Shown here: piece after piece, positions 47,753 through 58,330 of the stretch | Layout of the letters: every line of letters starts with the position of its first letter | Numbering within the stretch: position 1 is the stretch's first letter | Source of the DNA: Spirochaetia bacterium | Lineage (GTDB): Bacteria > Spirochaetota > Spirochaetia > UBA9216 | Reading direction: 5' to 3' | Assembly (NCBI GenBank): GCA_963675665.1 | Contig: OY776510.1 | Coordinates: 4,928,001 to 4,992,000, forward strand | Length of the DNA: 64,000 nt | Position numbers and translations under genes: made by a program | Notes under the pieces: model-generated | Database searches by the model: none | Seen by the model: the letters and a program-made list of their open reading frames with translations, nothing else | What the model was told of the DNA's origin: nothing

Positions 47753-48757
47753 CTATCTACCTGCCTTTTGCCTGTATTCTTTTATAACATCAATAAAAGT
47801 CCCGCTTAACGTATACTGCGGATCAAAACCTATATCGCTTTGTGCTTTCGCTATACTGTAGTAGCGGAATTTAGCGCCCGGGGCAAATACTTCATAAGTC
47901 AGTTTGGGTTCTTTTAAAGAAACAGCCTCCATCATGGAAATAATCCCCGACAGGAATCGTACTGTTTTGAAAGACATAATTTTTTTCGGCGGCTCAACTT
48001 TCAAAAGATTACAAATTGTATGAAAAAAATCTTCATAGGAGATGTTCCAGTTTGTTAAAAGATACTGCTCTCCGATATTCCCGTTTTCAGCAAGCTTTAC
48101 AAGTCCGAGGGCAAGGTCTCTTACATCAAGGGCGGCAAATCCCCCGGGCATTATTGCCGGGACCTTCCCTGTTTCAAGGTTTTTAACCAGTTGAAAAATT
48201 CTTTCGTCTCCGGGCCCGAAAAACGTTGACGGATTTGCAATAACAGCCGGCAAGCCCCGGGCAGTTGCATCTTTTACAAGATTTTCCGCTTCATGCTTGG
48301 TTGTCATGTAAAAACAGTTTCGGGCTTCCGTCCAATCAAATTGTAATGTTTCATCGGCCGGGTTATGTTCATCGTTATTATACCCCAGGGCAGCAGTAGA
48401 ACTGACATAAATCATTTTTTCAACAGAAGCAGTCCGGCATGCTTCGATAACATTTCGGGTTGCATTCACATTAGCCTTGTAAAGCCGATTCCGGTCTTTA
48501 CGCCAGAAAGAAACCATAGCAGCGGTATGGAATACAGTATCGATTTCCTGAAAGTATGGAGCGAAAGACGAATAATCATTCAGGGAAATATCATAGAGAA
48601 TTTCTATTCTCTGGTCCTGTTTAAAATCTTCAAGGAAAAATGGGCGCCGGCTTCTGGCGAGAATACGAATCTGAGCGTCCGGATATGCCTTCCTGAGCTG
48701 AACAACCAGATGCTGACCAAGAAAACCAAGACCGCCTGTTATAACTATTTTTTTCAT
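47753..48757 (-). CDS. NAD-dependent epimerase/dehydratase (dihydroflavonol-reductase-like)
   Basis: GGLGFLG, YMTTK, DVRDLA. Confidence 0.88.
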   Translation of the reverse strand: MKKIVITGGLGFLGQHLVVQLRKAYPDAQIRILARSRRPFFLEDFKQDQRIEILYDISLNDYSSFAPYFQEIDTVFHTAAMVSFWRKDRNRLYKANVNATRNVIEACRTASVEKMIYVSSTAALGYNNDEHNPADETLQFDWTEARNCFYMTTKHEAENLVKDATARGLPAVIANPSTFFGPGDERIFQLVKNLETGKVPAIMPGGFAALDVRDLALGLVKLAENGNIGEQYLLTNWNISYEDFFHTICNLLKVEPPKKIMSFKTVRFLSGIISMMEAVSLKEPKLTYEVFAPGAKFRYYSIAKAQSDIGFDPQYTLSGTFIDVIKEYRQKAGR

Positions 48758-48979
48758 ATAGTTATTCTAACCCACAGTTAGTAAAAATGAAATTTAAAAA
48801 TATATAAGTGTTACGACTCTGTTATGCTATAATCAGGGGCAGACAACTGACTGAGATACTGCGATGAGCACATTTTTACTGAGCATGCCGATTTTTTTGC
48901 CTGAAAACCGGATAAATTGTAAAAAGCAGGGAATGGATTTCCGGTGCCGGTAATAAATGATTTTGTATAAGGATACCCA

Positions 48980-50158
48980 ATGATGAAAGACAGATCTCTT
49001 TTTATAATTAACTGTTTTCTGATGATTCAGCACTCAATAACTCTTCTTATCCTCGGTCCGATGATCCCGGAAATAATGGAAGAATTCGGAATCGGCGAAG
49101 GTACAGCAGGATTACTCCTTAGCGCCGGGTCGCTGGGTTCGGTAACAGGACCGCTTGTTGCCGGTTTCAGCATTGACCGTGCAGGAATGAAGATAGCATT
49201 AACCGCAGGACTTCTTGCAGAAGTGCTGTTTCTGATACTTTTCGGTCTGACACCGCTGTTCTGGGCTGCTGTTGTATTCAATTTTCTGCTTGTATTTTTT
49301 TCCGGCCCGGCAGAAACTTCGGTAAATATCATACCTGCAATGATCAAAACGACTAATCCCGGCAGAATAATGAACCTGGTGCATCTTTCTTTCAGTATCG
49401 GCGCCTTTATAACCCCTGTTTTAATCGGGTTATGCCTTTCCTCGAACGGTTCCTGGCGCAACATCCTCTTCGCAGCTGCAATTCCTGCGGGAACACTTGC
49501 CGTGATTTTCGCGTTTTCCGGTTTTCCCGCCGGGAAAACCAGGACACAGATCCATGAATTATCAGCCGGTTCTGCCGACGAAAAATCGTTCAGCATATCG
49601 CTGCTTCTGAAAAACCCGACCCTTATGCTCGGAACACTAACACTGTTTCTTTACGTAGGCGGAGAATTGGGATTTTCCGCCTGGAGCGTTAATTATCTTG
49701 AGGCCAAACTCGGTTTTTCAAAAATGCAGGCAAGCTTCGGGTTATCGCTCTTCTGGATTGGTATAATGATCGGCAGGCTGATCAATTCAATTCTAAGCGG
49801 TAGATTCTCGGGAATGCTGTTGATTAGTTTTTCATCATTGCTTGCCGTAGCCGCAGGAATCCCCTTTTTGTTCGCCGCTTCAATACCTGTAGTCTATTTA
49901 CTGATGTTTCTTATAGGCCTGGGGGTAGCCGGCGGATATCCTAATACAATGGTAGAAATAAACCGGCGATTTCCTGACAACATCGGCTCTGCCACAGGGA
50001 TTCTCGCCTTCGGAGCAGGCCTCGGCGCCATGATTTTCCAGTGGTTAATGGGTATAACTGCGGAACAAATCGGAATGACGGCGTCAATGCTTATTCCGTT
50101 TATCCTGTTCACACTAATGGTTCCGGTTTTCAGGGGCGCTGTAGCGGCCCGTTCCTGA
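48980..50158 (+). CDS. MFS transporter
   Basis: About 12 TM helices, GFSIDRAG. Confidence 0.88.
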   Translation: MMKDRSLFIINCFLMIQHSITLLILGPMIPEIMEEFGIGEGTAGLLLSAGSLGSVTGPLVAGFSIDRAGMKIALTAGLLAEVLFLILFGLTPLFWAAVVFNFLLVFFSGPAETSVNIIPAMIKTTNPGRIMNLVHLSFSIGAFITPVLIGLCLSSNGSWRNILFAAAIPAGTLAVIFAFSGFPAGKTRTQIHELSAGSADEKSFSISLLLKNPTLMLGTLTLFLYVGGELGFSAWSVNYLEAKLGFSKMQASFGLSLFWIGIMIGRLINSILSGRFSGMLLISFSSLLAVAAGIPFLFAASIPVVYLLMFLIGLGVAGGYPNTMVEINRRFPDNIGSATGILAFGAGLGAMIFQWLMGITAEQIGMTASMLIPFILFTLMVPVFRGAVAARS

Positions 50159-50221
50159 GGCCCGTTCCCTGCTGTACGGCGCCCTTTTGACAATACTCTG
50201 ATAATCAAATATTGTTTAATT

Positions 50222-50485
50222 ATGGAATATGTCGTTTGCCCGAACTGCCAGAGCAAATCATGGTACGACCGCGCTGCTCTCGGCGATAACAAACACACAA
50301 TGCGCTTTAAATGCACCCGCTGCGGCAAGCTTATAAAGCTGACCGGATGTTCAAAATGCGGCGCTAATGAATGGATAAGAGAAAACGACCTCTTTGAGAA
50401 AGGTGCAAAAAAACCCGTAGTCCGTTATCGATGCGGGGGTTGCGGCCGCATTGTCGGAATGTATCTTGACCATGATGAAGTCTGA
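50222..50485 (+). CDS. Small zinc-ribbon protein (4 x CxxC)
   Basis: CPNC, CTRC, CSKC, CGGC. Confidence 0.7.
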   Translation: MEYVVCPNCQSKSWYDRAALGDNKHTMRFKCTRCGKLIKLTGCSKCGANEWIRENDLFEKGAKKPVVRYRCGGCGRIVGMYLDHDEV

Positions 50486-50525
50486 CAGGCTCAGGGTTTA
50501 TAAGGTTTTCTGCCACCCCGGTTTA

Positions 50526-51488
50526 TTATGCAGCCCTGTCCGGGATCTTTGATCTGAGAGCGTCCAGCAGCTCCCGGCCGGACGGCCTTTTTCTAACCCT
50601 TCCCGTAGAATCAAAAACCGTAAGCCCCTTCAGGATGTCCAGGTCCGCCTGCCTCAGGATGATCCATTGCTCACCGATCCCGGAAAACGGACGGCATTCC
50701 CTGACCAGGCTCTGAAAACTGTAACAACCGTCGCTGTGCCCGATTGCCGGGTAGTATTCCCTCCGTATCATACTCAGCCTTGATTCGTTTAATTCCGTTT
50801 TTACTGCGAATGCCCAGCAGTTTTCGCTAACGGCGAGACGGATACCCGGAAAGCCGAGCCTGAACGATAATAATTCAAAATGATTTTTATTTTCCGGGAG
50901 TTTATACGGAGGAAAGAACAGGAACTGATCGCTTTTACTTTTTCTGAAAGAAAGCCTGTCCGAAAGCCAGGGTTCAACTGATTCGGAATTCAATTCAACT
51001 GTATTCCGCCGGTATTCGAAAGCGGAATCGCAGAATTCACGCCAGCTATATTCGGGCTCAAACCGGTTTTTAATCAGACCGTAACGCTGTTCAAACCAAA
51101 TCATCATACCGGTGTCAAAGGGAACAAGAGTACTGTACTCTTCTGTACTGAAAGCTTCGGTATACCAGCATTTGTGTGCATCATATGACTTGCAGACCAG
51201 ACTTTGATAGGAAGATCCGTGGATTGAACATTTTCCCTCTTCAACAAGATGGCTGCAAGTCCTCCCGAGATATATTGCCCATTCACCTGTTTTTTTCAAG
51301 GCCGGGTATATTCCGTCATAACAGGAACTTAGAACAAGATCTGCAAAATTACTCTGCCCGCCAAGCGGCATTGCGGCAAGCGGCAGGTTTTTACAGCAGG
51401 GCGTACCGGAACATACCGAACACGGCGAATCCTTCCAGGGCTCCTGTCTAATGAGCAGGTCTCCCGAAACAGCTATCTTTTCTTTCAA
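50526..51488 (-). CDS. Cys-cluster protein (YkgJ/CxxCxxCC-like)
   Basis: CSVCSGTPCC...C..L...KCSIH...VCKSY. Confidence 0.65.
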   Translation of the reverse strand: MKEKIAVSGDLLIRQEPWKDSPCSVCSGTPCCKNLPLAAMPLGGQSNFADLVLSSCYDGIYPALKKTGEWAIYLGRTCSHLVEEGKCSIHGSSYQSLVCKSYDAHKCWYTEAFSTEEYSTLVPFDTGMMIWFEQRYGLIKNRFEPEYSWREFCDSAFEYRRNTVELNSESVEPWLSDRLSFRKSKSDQFLFFPPYKLPENKNHFELLSFRLGFPGIRLAVSENCWAFAVKTELNESRLSMIRREYYPAIGHSDGCYSFQSLVRECRPFSGIGEQWIILRQADLDILKGLTVFDSTGRVRKRPSGRELLDALRSKIPDRAA

Positions 51489-51630
51489 TCAGAAAATCTC
51501 CAATAGATGACGATAACCGGGAATACGGTTTTTGTAAAGTACATATGGGAGGGGGCTTCGGACACAGTTTCTGTTGTTTTATATTATTACCAACAGTATA
51601 ATTAGATATCAAAACGATTCAGGAGGAATT

Positions 51631-52605
51631 ATGAAAAATCATTTTTATTTTCTGTTCATCATCCTGATCTTTACATCAATTGAACCTCTTTTCGGACAAT
51701 TTCATGATGCAGATATTAAAAAACTTTCAGAATATACCGGCTCACAGGTAAGGCTCCGAACTGAAAGCGGCGCTACTTTTCAGGGTATTTTGTATTCTGA
51801 CGATGCGGAATTTGTTACAATTATCGATCGGGACGGCCAGGCGGTTACAATCCTGAAAGAGAAACTGTCTGAAGCCTGGATAAGTGATCCGGGGCTTGAT
51901 AAAAAATCCTATTTTCAGGATTCTGCCGCTAACAGGCTTCTGGTAATGCCTACAGGTTTCCCGATGGAGCCTGAAGAATTTCATATTGCCGATCAGGAAA
52001 TTGCAGCAGTTACAATGAGCTATGGCGTTAACGATAACATCTCCCTGTGGGGAGGAATCAGCATACCCGGGGCCCTGGTAAGCGCGAGATACATTCTGCA
52101 AATCGGTGAAAAATCAGCAATTTCCGTCGGTTCGTTTGCCGGTCTTTCCTGGCTGGAATTCCTGGGCCTGCTGATACCCTATACTGTTTTTTCAACGGGG
52201 TCGCCGGAAAACAATTTTACAGTCGGGGCGGGAGCTGTCTTCGGTTTTGACGAGGCTTCTTTTGAGTTGAATGCAGCCATACTGGCGATCGGAGGCAAAA
52301 CGGTCCTTTCAGACACAACTGCCATAGTCACCGAAACATGGATTATTTGGGGAGAAATGCGGAATTTCCCTGCCGGTGAATCTACTGAAGATATACCTTA
52401 TACCAGTTCCTGGGATTATCTTCCGATTGCCGCTGTTCCGGGAATTGCCTTTCGCATAGCCGGAGAAAAATTCAGCTGGGACATCGGAGCAGTTCTGCCC
52501 CTTATGGCCGAGAAACAGGAGGGGAAATATCATATTGAAGGAATAGGCGGAGAGACCGGATTTATCCCCATCCCGCTGATATCGCTGACATACAGAATAG
52601 ACTGA
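51631..52605 (+). CDS. Hypothetical exported/outer-membrane protein
   Basis: AGGAGG SD, signal peptide, beta-strand-rich C-terminus. Confidence 0.65.
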   Translation: MKNHFYFLFIILIFTSIEPLFGQFHDADIKKLSEYTGSQVRLRTESGATFQGILYSDDAEFVTIIDRDGQAVTILKEKLSEAWISDPGLDKKSYFQDSAANRLLVMPTGFPMEPEEFHIADQEIAAVTMSYGVNDNISLWGGISIPGALVSARYILQIGEKSAISVGSFAGLSWLEFLGLLIPYTVFSTGSPENNFTVGAGAVFGFDEASFELNAAILAIGGKTVLSDTTAIVTETWIIWGEMRNFPAGESTEDIPYTSSWDYLPIAAVPGIAFRIAGEKFSWDIGAVLPLMAEKQEGKYHIEGIGGETGFIPIPLISLTYRID

Positions 52606-52657
52606 TAGAAAAAGTACGGATTCTGCTGCAAATATTGTATCCAAATATGCTATAATA

Positions 52658-53431
52658 ATGTTCATGAATAGCAAGAAAACAAATATGAAAGACCGTGTAG
52701 TTCTGATTACCGGTGCGGGGCGCGGAATAGGAAGGGCCTGTGCACTCACTTTTGCCGAAGCCGGCTGCGATATAGCACTTGGCTTGAGAGATCAAGAAAA
52801 TGCTCCCGACCTTGTTGAAGAAATAAAATCCAAAGGTGTCAGGGCCTTCCCCGTCCAGATGAATATCAGCCAAATGGATGAAATCTCTGCAGCGGTTGCT
52901 GAAGTAGTCAGCTATTTCGGACGAATTAATATCCTGGTGAACAACGCCGGAATAGGCGCTCCGAACCCTGCTGTTAAGGTAACTGAAAAAGATTTCGATG
53001 AAACAATTAATGTTAATCTGAAGGGAACATTTTTTACTTCCCAGGCTGTAGGGAAACAGATGATAAAACAAGGTACCGGCGGAAGTATAATTAATATGAG
53101 TTCTCAGGCCGGGTTTGTGGCTCTCGATACAGAATCCGTTTATTGCATGACCAAAGCTGGGATTTCACACCTTACCAAGTGTCTTGCGCTGGAATGGGCC
53201 CCTTATAATATCAGGGTCAATGCTGTAGCTCCGACCTTTATAAAAACACCGGGAACAGTAAAATGGCTGAAAAATGAAGAATTCCGCAAATCCGTACTTC
53301 AGCGAATTCCGCTTAACAGGACCGGGATCCCCGAAGATGTTGCCGATCCCGTGTTATTCCTTGCTTCAGACGAAGCTTCAATGATAACCGGTACGACACT
53401 TATGATAGACGGGGGATGGACGATTCAGTAG
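52658..53431 (+). CDS. SDR-family oxidoreductase
   Basis: TGAGRGIG, NNAG, YCMTK. Confidence 0.92.
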   Translation: MFMNSKKTNMKDRVVLITGAGRGIGRACALTFAEAGCDIALGLRDQENAPDLVEEIKSKGVRAFPVQMNISQMDEISAAVAEVVSYFGRINILVNNAGIGAPNPAVKVTEKDFDETINVNLKGTFFTSQAVGKQMIKQGTGGSIINMSSQAGFVALDTESVYCMTKAGISHLTKCLALEWAPYNIRVNAVAPTFIKTPGTVKWLKNEEFRKSVLQRIPLNRTGIPEDVADPVLFLASDEASMITGTTLMIDGGWTIQ

Positions 53432-53569
53432 GTAATATCGTTATAGCGACATTTATAACATTACCTGCGCTGGCTCCTTTTAGAAATTTAAATATTAAGG
53501 GAACCTCTGATATGATGTGACCCATGTCAAGTTAAAATATCCAGGTTTTATCTATAAGATCCCCCCCCT

Positions 53570-53772
53570 GTCCAGGACAGGAAGAAAGATAGAACAACGT
53601 TTATGCGGCGATAGACCACTCTGATATTCGCGGATTGGTTACCGCAGGTCAATGGGATCGTCGGGAGCTGCCTCTGTCTAAAACCGAGGATCAATATTAT
53701 TATTGCCTCATAGAGGTGCCGAGGGTTCTCCTTTATCACTGTTGTTGTTCTATCCATCCTTCTGTCCTGGTA
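53570..53772 (-). ncRNA. Putative bridge/seek RNA of the IS1111-type element
   Basis: Minus-strand guides GGCACCTCT (53712-53720), GTTTTAG (53678-53684), ATATCAG (53621-53627); closing stems CCAGGACAG/CTGTCCTGG and GATAGAACAAC/GTTGTTCTATC. Confidence 0.7.
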
Positions 53773-53794
53773 GCTTATTAACCAACTATCGAAG

Positions 53795-54898
53795 TCATGC
53801 GACTTCTGTTCTACCTACCATCATTCCCCAAATAAATCCTGATAATTCTCTGGCAACTGCCGTAACAGTTTTCTGAGGGCATACCCCTCTACGAATCATC
53901 CTGAAATATTTCTTACTCAACCTTCTGCCGGCTTTATCAGCATAAGCTATTGTTTCAGCAGATTGTCCTTTCCTTCTCGCTGTCAGTCGTTTCGATGGCG
54001 AATACCTTTGGTAATGCCAGCTTGATTCCACTAACAGCCGTCGTAGCCTGGAGTTGCCGGCCTTCGTAATCCCGCCAAGCTTCCGGCCCTCTCCGCTTGA
54101 GTATTCTGACGGCACAAGTCCAAGATACGCCATGAAGGATTCCGCTTTTTTAAATCTTCTGAAATCTCCTATCTCGCATACAAATGTTAATGCTGTTAAT
54201 GTCTCTATACCTTTGAAACATCGAAGCCGGGATACCCTTTCTTTATATCTGTCTTCAGCAGCAATCTCTTCTATTTTTTCCTGCAACCGTTCAATCTTTT
54301 CCTCTAATTCCACAATCGCAAGATAATATTCTTTTAAAACTTCTTTATGCATTACCTGTTCAAACTGCAAGTTTTTCAACCAGGTTCGATGCGCCCCTGT
54401 CCAGTACTTTTTCCCAATATCATATTTCTTCCCGTTCCTTAGCAGAAACTGTAAGAGCCTCTGTTTCTGTTTCCTCAAATCAATTTTCATATCGTTACAC
54501 ATCCTCATGTAATCACGAACTGATTCATCTGTGCGTGTCGGTATATTCACCGGTGTTATTTCCTGATTCCTTAATGCTCTGGCTAATTTGACTGCATCCC
54601 TCTTGTCTGTCTTTATTCGGTCTCCGGGTTTCCTCGGCAATAATGATGGTGCTGCTACGTAACAGATAATTCCCATATCTTCAAGTAATCTATAAAGTGT
54701 AAATCCTGTAGGGCCTGCTTCGTAACAACACAGAATATTTTCTCCATTCTCTTTAAGTCGCTTGAAGAATCTTTTAATATTTCCGGGTTCGTTCCTGAGC
54801 TCTCTTTCAAACTCAGGATTCTGATAATTATCTCTGAATACCGCTACTGCGATTGATTCCTTGTGGACATCCATCCCTACATAAATTACACTATTCAT
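53795..54898 (-). CDS. IS110-family DEDD recombinase/transposase (second type)
   Basis: GMDVHK, YEAGP, KTDKRDA, GLVPSEYSSG; start reassigned to ATG 54898 after GGAGG. Confidence 0.95.
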   Translation of the reverse strand: MNSVIYVGMDVHKESIAVAVFRDNYQNPEFERELRNEPGNIKRFFKRLKENGENILCCYEAGPTGFTLYRLLEDMGIICYVAAPSLLPRKPGDRIKTDKRDAVKLARALRNQEITPVNIPTRTDESVRDYMRMCNDMKIDLRKQKQRLLQFLLRNGKKYDIGKKYWTGAHRTWLKNLQFEQVMHKEVLKEYYLAIVELEEKIERLQEKIEEIAAEDRYKERVSRLRCFKGIETLTALTFVCEIGDFRRFKKAESFMAYLGLVPSEYSSGEGRKLGGITKAGNSRLRRLLVESSWHYQRYSPSKRLTARRKGQSAETIAYADKAGRRLSKKYFRMIRRGVCPQKTVTAVARELSGFIWGMMVGRTEVA

Positions 54899-55101
54899 AG
54901 TGGCCTCCGTTCCTTTGTATGTGGCGTGTCTGCGCTTTGCCATTAGCCATTGTGTAGGCTAATCCACGATTTTGCAAACACGGCGGTCACTTCATATTGT
55001 CTAATAATCCTAAATTGGGCTTATCAGAGTTTTGAAACACTCTGTGTTTCCGGGAGTTTATTTATTTCCTTATCAGTCAATAAATAAACATCCAATACAT
55101 C

Positions 55102-55159
55102 TAAGGAAGACTTCGAAAACTAAAGTTTTATAAAACTGCAGTTTTTAGAAGTCCCCTTA
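55102..55159. repeat. Palindromic GGGACTTCTAAAAACTGCAG-type repeat
   Basis: TAAGG.AGACTTC.AAAAC...GTTTTTAGAAGTCCCCTTA imperfect palindrome. Confidence 0.6.
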
Positions 55160-55187
55160 ACTCAAACTATTAATATGCATCAGATTT

Positions 55188-56003
55188 TCATTCAAAAACA
55201 TAATGAATCCTTGATTTTATCTGATTGTACATTGACCCCGGCATGCCAATTGTCATATCCTCGGGATTAAATCCTCCCCACCCAACAGCACCAGGGTCAG
55301 ATAACATCACATTTGCTTTCCCATTCCTGTAAGGATATGCTGTTGTGGATAGACACATGCCCATTGCAGCTGTATGATTCAGACATATATAATTCATCAG
55401 TCTCTGCATCCACTTTCGTTTCATCGTTGATGTAACAAGTGCCAGCACAGGAACTGATTGTACAAATCCGGATGCAAAAACTTTATTGAATGCAAGTATA
55501 TTTTTTTGACGCTTATCATTTTTATCTGAATCCTTGTCTGCTGAGGTTCCCGGAATAAATCTGTCATTTATTGAAAAAGCAATTTGCCCAAGGAATTCAT
55601 CGTCAAGATTCTCAGGTCCGAGCGTGACAACAATATCTTCCATTACAGATTTTGGTACTGTTATGGAAACAACATCAGGGTTACAAATGTCTGTAATTAA
55701 TGGATGCCGGGTCATATTCATATCAGCATTAAAAATGAAAATAGCACGGTTCTTCTTCTCATATCTTATGGAAACCACACTATCAATATCGTTTTGAGGA
55801 TCACGCAATCCGAGCGCAACAAATCCCCATGCACACACTTTCAGAGATTCCTCGGTAATTAGAAGGCCTTCATTATATCTTCCTGCAAGCAATAGCCCGA
55901 GAGCTTCGCAATAGGAGCGAACTTCAGGTGTCGGCAAATCAGTTTTCGGTATTTCCTGATAAAATTTAATTCCTATCGGAATACGATTATGTTTTGTTTC
56001 CAC
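55188..56003 (-). CDS. Hypothetical protein, DUF169-like
   Basis: PIGIKF, SYCEA, CAWG..ALG, C...TAYPY..G..N. Confidence 0.55.
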   Translation of the reverse strand: METKHNRIPIGIKFYQEIPKTDLPTPEVRSYCEALGLLLAGRYNEGLLITEESLKVCAWGFVALGLRDPQNDIDSVVSIRYEKKNRAIFIFNADMNMTRHPLITDICNPDVVSITVPKSVMEDIVVTLGPENLDDEFLGQIAFSINDRFIPGTSADKDSDKNDKRQKNILAFNKVFASGFVQSVPVLALVTSTMKRKWMQRLMNYICLNHTAAMGMCLSTTAYPYRNGKANVMLSDPGAVGWGGFNPEDMTIGMPGSMYNQIKSRIHYVFE

Positions 56004-56357
56004 TTTTTAATCCTTCCGACCGCAAGTGCAATTCGGACAGGTAAGTATTGGCCGCTTTTTTCTTTTTATAATAGAACCTGAAAAACACGCTGTCAAGTTT
56101 ACTGTTCCCTTGAAACAGCAGTTAAGAACGCATTGTTGAAAATTTTAATGGCAAGAGCGAAATTTACACAGTTTACCAAGTTTCTTTAAATTACTTTATT
56201 TGATTTATCAAATCAACCGGCAGGGGAGGTCATAACCCGGAGACAGTGTATCCTGATTCTTTATTTCCTTATACCGGAGAAATGAGTACTCCCGGTGTAT
56301 AAGCAGGAATGCCGGTAAAAACCGGCTTTCCTGTGTAAATAATATTTTTATGCAGCC

Positions 56358-57242
56358 CTAAAGGCCAATCATGAACATTCTGTTTCTCATAAACTCGATA
56401 GACTTTTTCATCATTTCGTCCAGCTGTTCCTGAGTTGCGCCGTTTGATAAATCCCGCCAAAGTGAAACCGCATCGGCAATTCCGCCTCCGAAAAGTACAA
56501 ACGGTTCATAACTGATAGTTCCTTTATAACCTGTCTGCTTAAGAGCCTTAAGCATGGCATCCCAATCGGCGGAGCCGAATCCCGGCAGTTTCCTGTTATT
56601 TTCACCGACATGCAGATGTCCCAGCTTGTCGCCGGCTATATACAGAGCTTCGATCATGTCATTTTCTTCGATGTTCATATGAAAGGTATCAAGGTTGATT
56701 TTTGCGTTAGGACTGCCCACTTCATTGACAAAATCAACAGCTTCCTGCGCAGTATTAATCATAAACGATTCGAACCGGTTTACAGATTCAATACAGTATA
56801 AAATACCGTTGTCTTCCGCATATTTTATGGCTTCCTTAACGCTTTTAAGCGCAATATCGCGGCGGATATACTTTTCGTCAATGGTTTTGATTTTCGAACT
56901 CCAGGCTGAGTGAGTCAGCCCGCCCCACACACGCCCGTTTAAATAACTGACGATTTCAAGAGTTTTCCTTACGTGTGCCAACCCATTTTGACGAATTGAT
57001 TCGTCAGCAGAAGATAAATCCTGGTCTTCTCCGAGCCCTGTAGAAAACTGAAGTTCAATACCCAGATCACCGGAAATAGATTTGTACTCATCTATTTTTT
57101 CCCTGGGATGATTTACCAGATAAGCAGTAAACAGTTCAATTGCGTCAAACCCCAGGCTTGCCGCTTTTTTAATCAGGGGCGAAAAATCATTTTCCGGCCA
57201 CTCTTTTACTAAAGAAATTGAGTTAATTCCAATCTTATTCAT
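56358..57242 (-). CDS. D-psicose/D-tagatose 3-epimerase family protein
   Basis: ESVNRFE, LDTFHMNIEE, HLHVGENNR, YEPF. Confidence 0.88.
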   Translation of the reverse strand: MNKIGINSISLVKEWPENDFSPLIKKAASLGFDAIELFTAYLVNHPREKIDEYKSISGDLGIELQFSTGLGEDQDLSSADESIRQNGLAHVRKTLEIVSYLNGRVWGGLTHSAWSSKIKTIDEKYIRRDIALKSVKEAIKYAEDNGILYCIESVNRFESFMINTAQEAVDFVNEVGSPNAKINLDTFHMNIEENDMIEALYIAGDKLGHLHVGENNRKLPGFGSADWDAMLKALKQTGYKGTISYEPFVLFGGGIADAVSLWRDLSNGATQEQLDEMMKKSIEFMRNRMFMIGL

Positions 57243-57340
57243 AAAATCTCTCTATCCTCCGTATCTTTTCAAATAACCCTTAGGTTTTATTAACAGTAAT
57301 ATACTTCAATTTTTAAATGTACAATTCATGGTTATTAAAA

Positions 57341-58330
57341 TTATTTACCCTCGAAGATCTTGTACTTCGTTGCATCAATTAGTACAGCAATGATAATCAT
57401 CGCACCCCGTAACGAATCAATCCAATACGGTGATACATCTACCAGATTCAGGCTTGTACTGATTGTGCTTAACAACAATACACCACCGAGAGAATTCAGA
57501 ATGCTGCCCTTGCCGCCGAATAGGCTTACACCGCCTAAAATGGTAGCTGCAACCGCCTCCATTGAATACCCTGAAGTCATGTTTATCAGAACTGAATTCA
57601 ATTTGCCCGCAATCAGTAATCCGGCAAGCGATGATAACATGCCGCTTAATATATATGCTGTTGTTATAATTTTGCCGGTTTTCACACCGGCAACTCTCGC
57701 CGCAACCGGATTTGCTCCTGTTGCCTTCAGTTTCTTTCCGTATGCGGTTTTGGATACAAATATATGAAATATTGTATAGCAGACCAGTAATACAACAACT
57801 CCGACAGGAACAAGTCCTGCAATTCGCTGAGAACCTAGAAAGGTAAAACCTTTCGGCATTACGAAAAAGTTTTCACCTTCCGATATGAGGAGGGCAATTC
57901 CGCCGAAGCCCAGCATCATACTTAGTGTATATATCATCGCGTCCAGTTTCATAACTACAACAAAGAAACTGTTGATCGCACCGACAAGAGCCCCTACAGC
58001 AAGCAGCGCTATAATACCGATTACAAAATTCAAGCCCAATCCGCTGCCCATTCCGATTGCATACGGCGCAATAAGCTTCGCGGCAACAACAGTCGACAGG
58101 ATCATTGTTGATTCTGCCGTCAGATCCAGCTTGCCTGACATCATACACAACGCCTGACCGATAACAAGCACGCCCAGCAATACAGATTTATCAAGAATAT
58201 TGATGAAGATATTGTATGACCGGAATCCCGGTAAGGATATTGTACATATGATCAGCATGATCAACAATAAAAACCATATTAAATTGTCGCTGATAATCCT
58301 GGTAAGGACTCTGTTATTTATGCTTCTCAT
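57341..58330 (-). CDS. Sugar ABC transporter permease
   Basis: GANPVAARVAG, GGVSLFGGKG. Confidence 0.92.
   Translation of the reverse strand: MRSINNRVLTRIISDNLIWFLLLIMLIICTISLPGFRSYNIFINILDKSVLLGVLVIGQALCMMSGKLDLTAESTMILSTVVAAKLIAPYAIGMGSGLGLNFVIGIIALLAVGALVGAINSFFVVVMKLDAMIYTLSMMLGFGGIALLISEGENFFVMPKGFTFLGSQRIAGLVPVGVVVLLVCYTIFHIFVSKTAYGKKLKATGANPVAARVAGVKTGKIITTAYILSGMLSSLAGLLIAGKLNSVLINMTSGYSMEAVAATILGGVSLFGGKGSILNSLGGVLLLSTISTSLNLVDVSPYWIDSLRGAMIIIAVLIDATKYKIFEGK

Larger units (their letters stand above)
53507..55002 (-). mobile_element. IS110-family (IS1111-type) insertion sequence, 1496 bp including both CT cores
   Basis: Sub-terminal IRs ATGATGTGACC (53512-53522) and GGTCACTTCAT (54985-54995); CT at both junctions; long non-coding region downstream of the transposase. 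Confidence 0.85.

Noticed and set aside
53548-53757. 69-aa ORF downstream of the third transposase
   Set aside because: Coincides with the structured guide-bearing non-coding region.
56220-56335. Hairpin cluster downstream of the epimerase as a possible ncRNA or MITE-family member
   Set aside because: Lacks the family's conserved ends and P2 motif; compatible with terminator hairpins.
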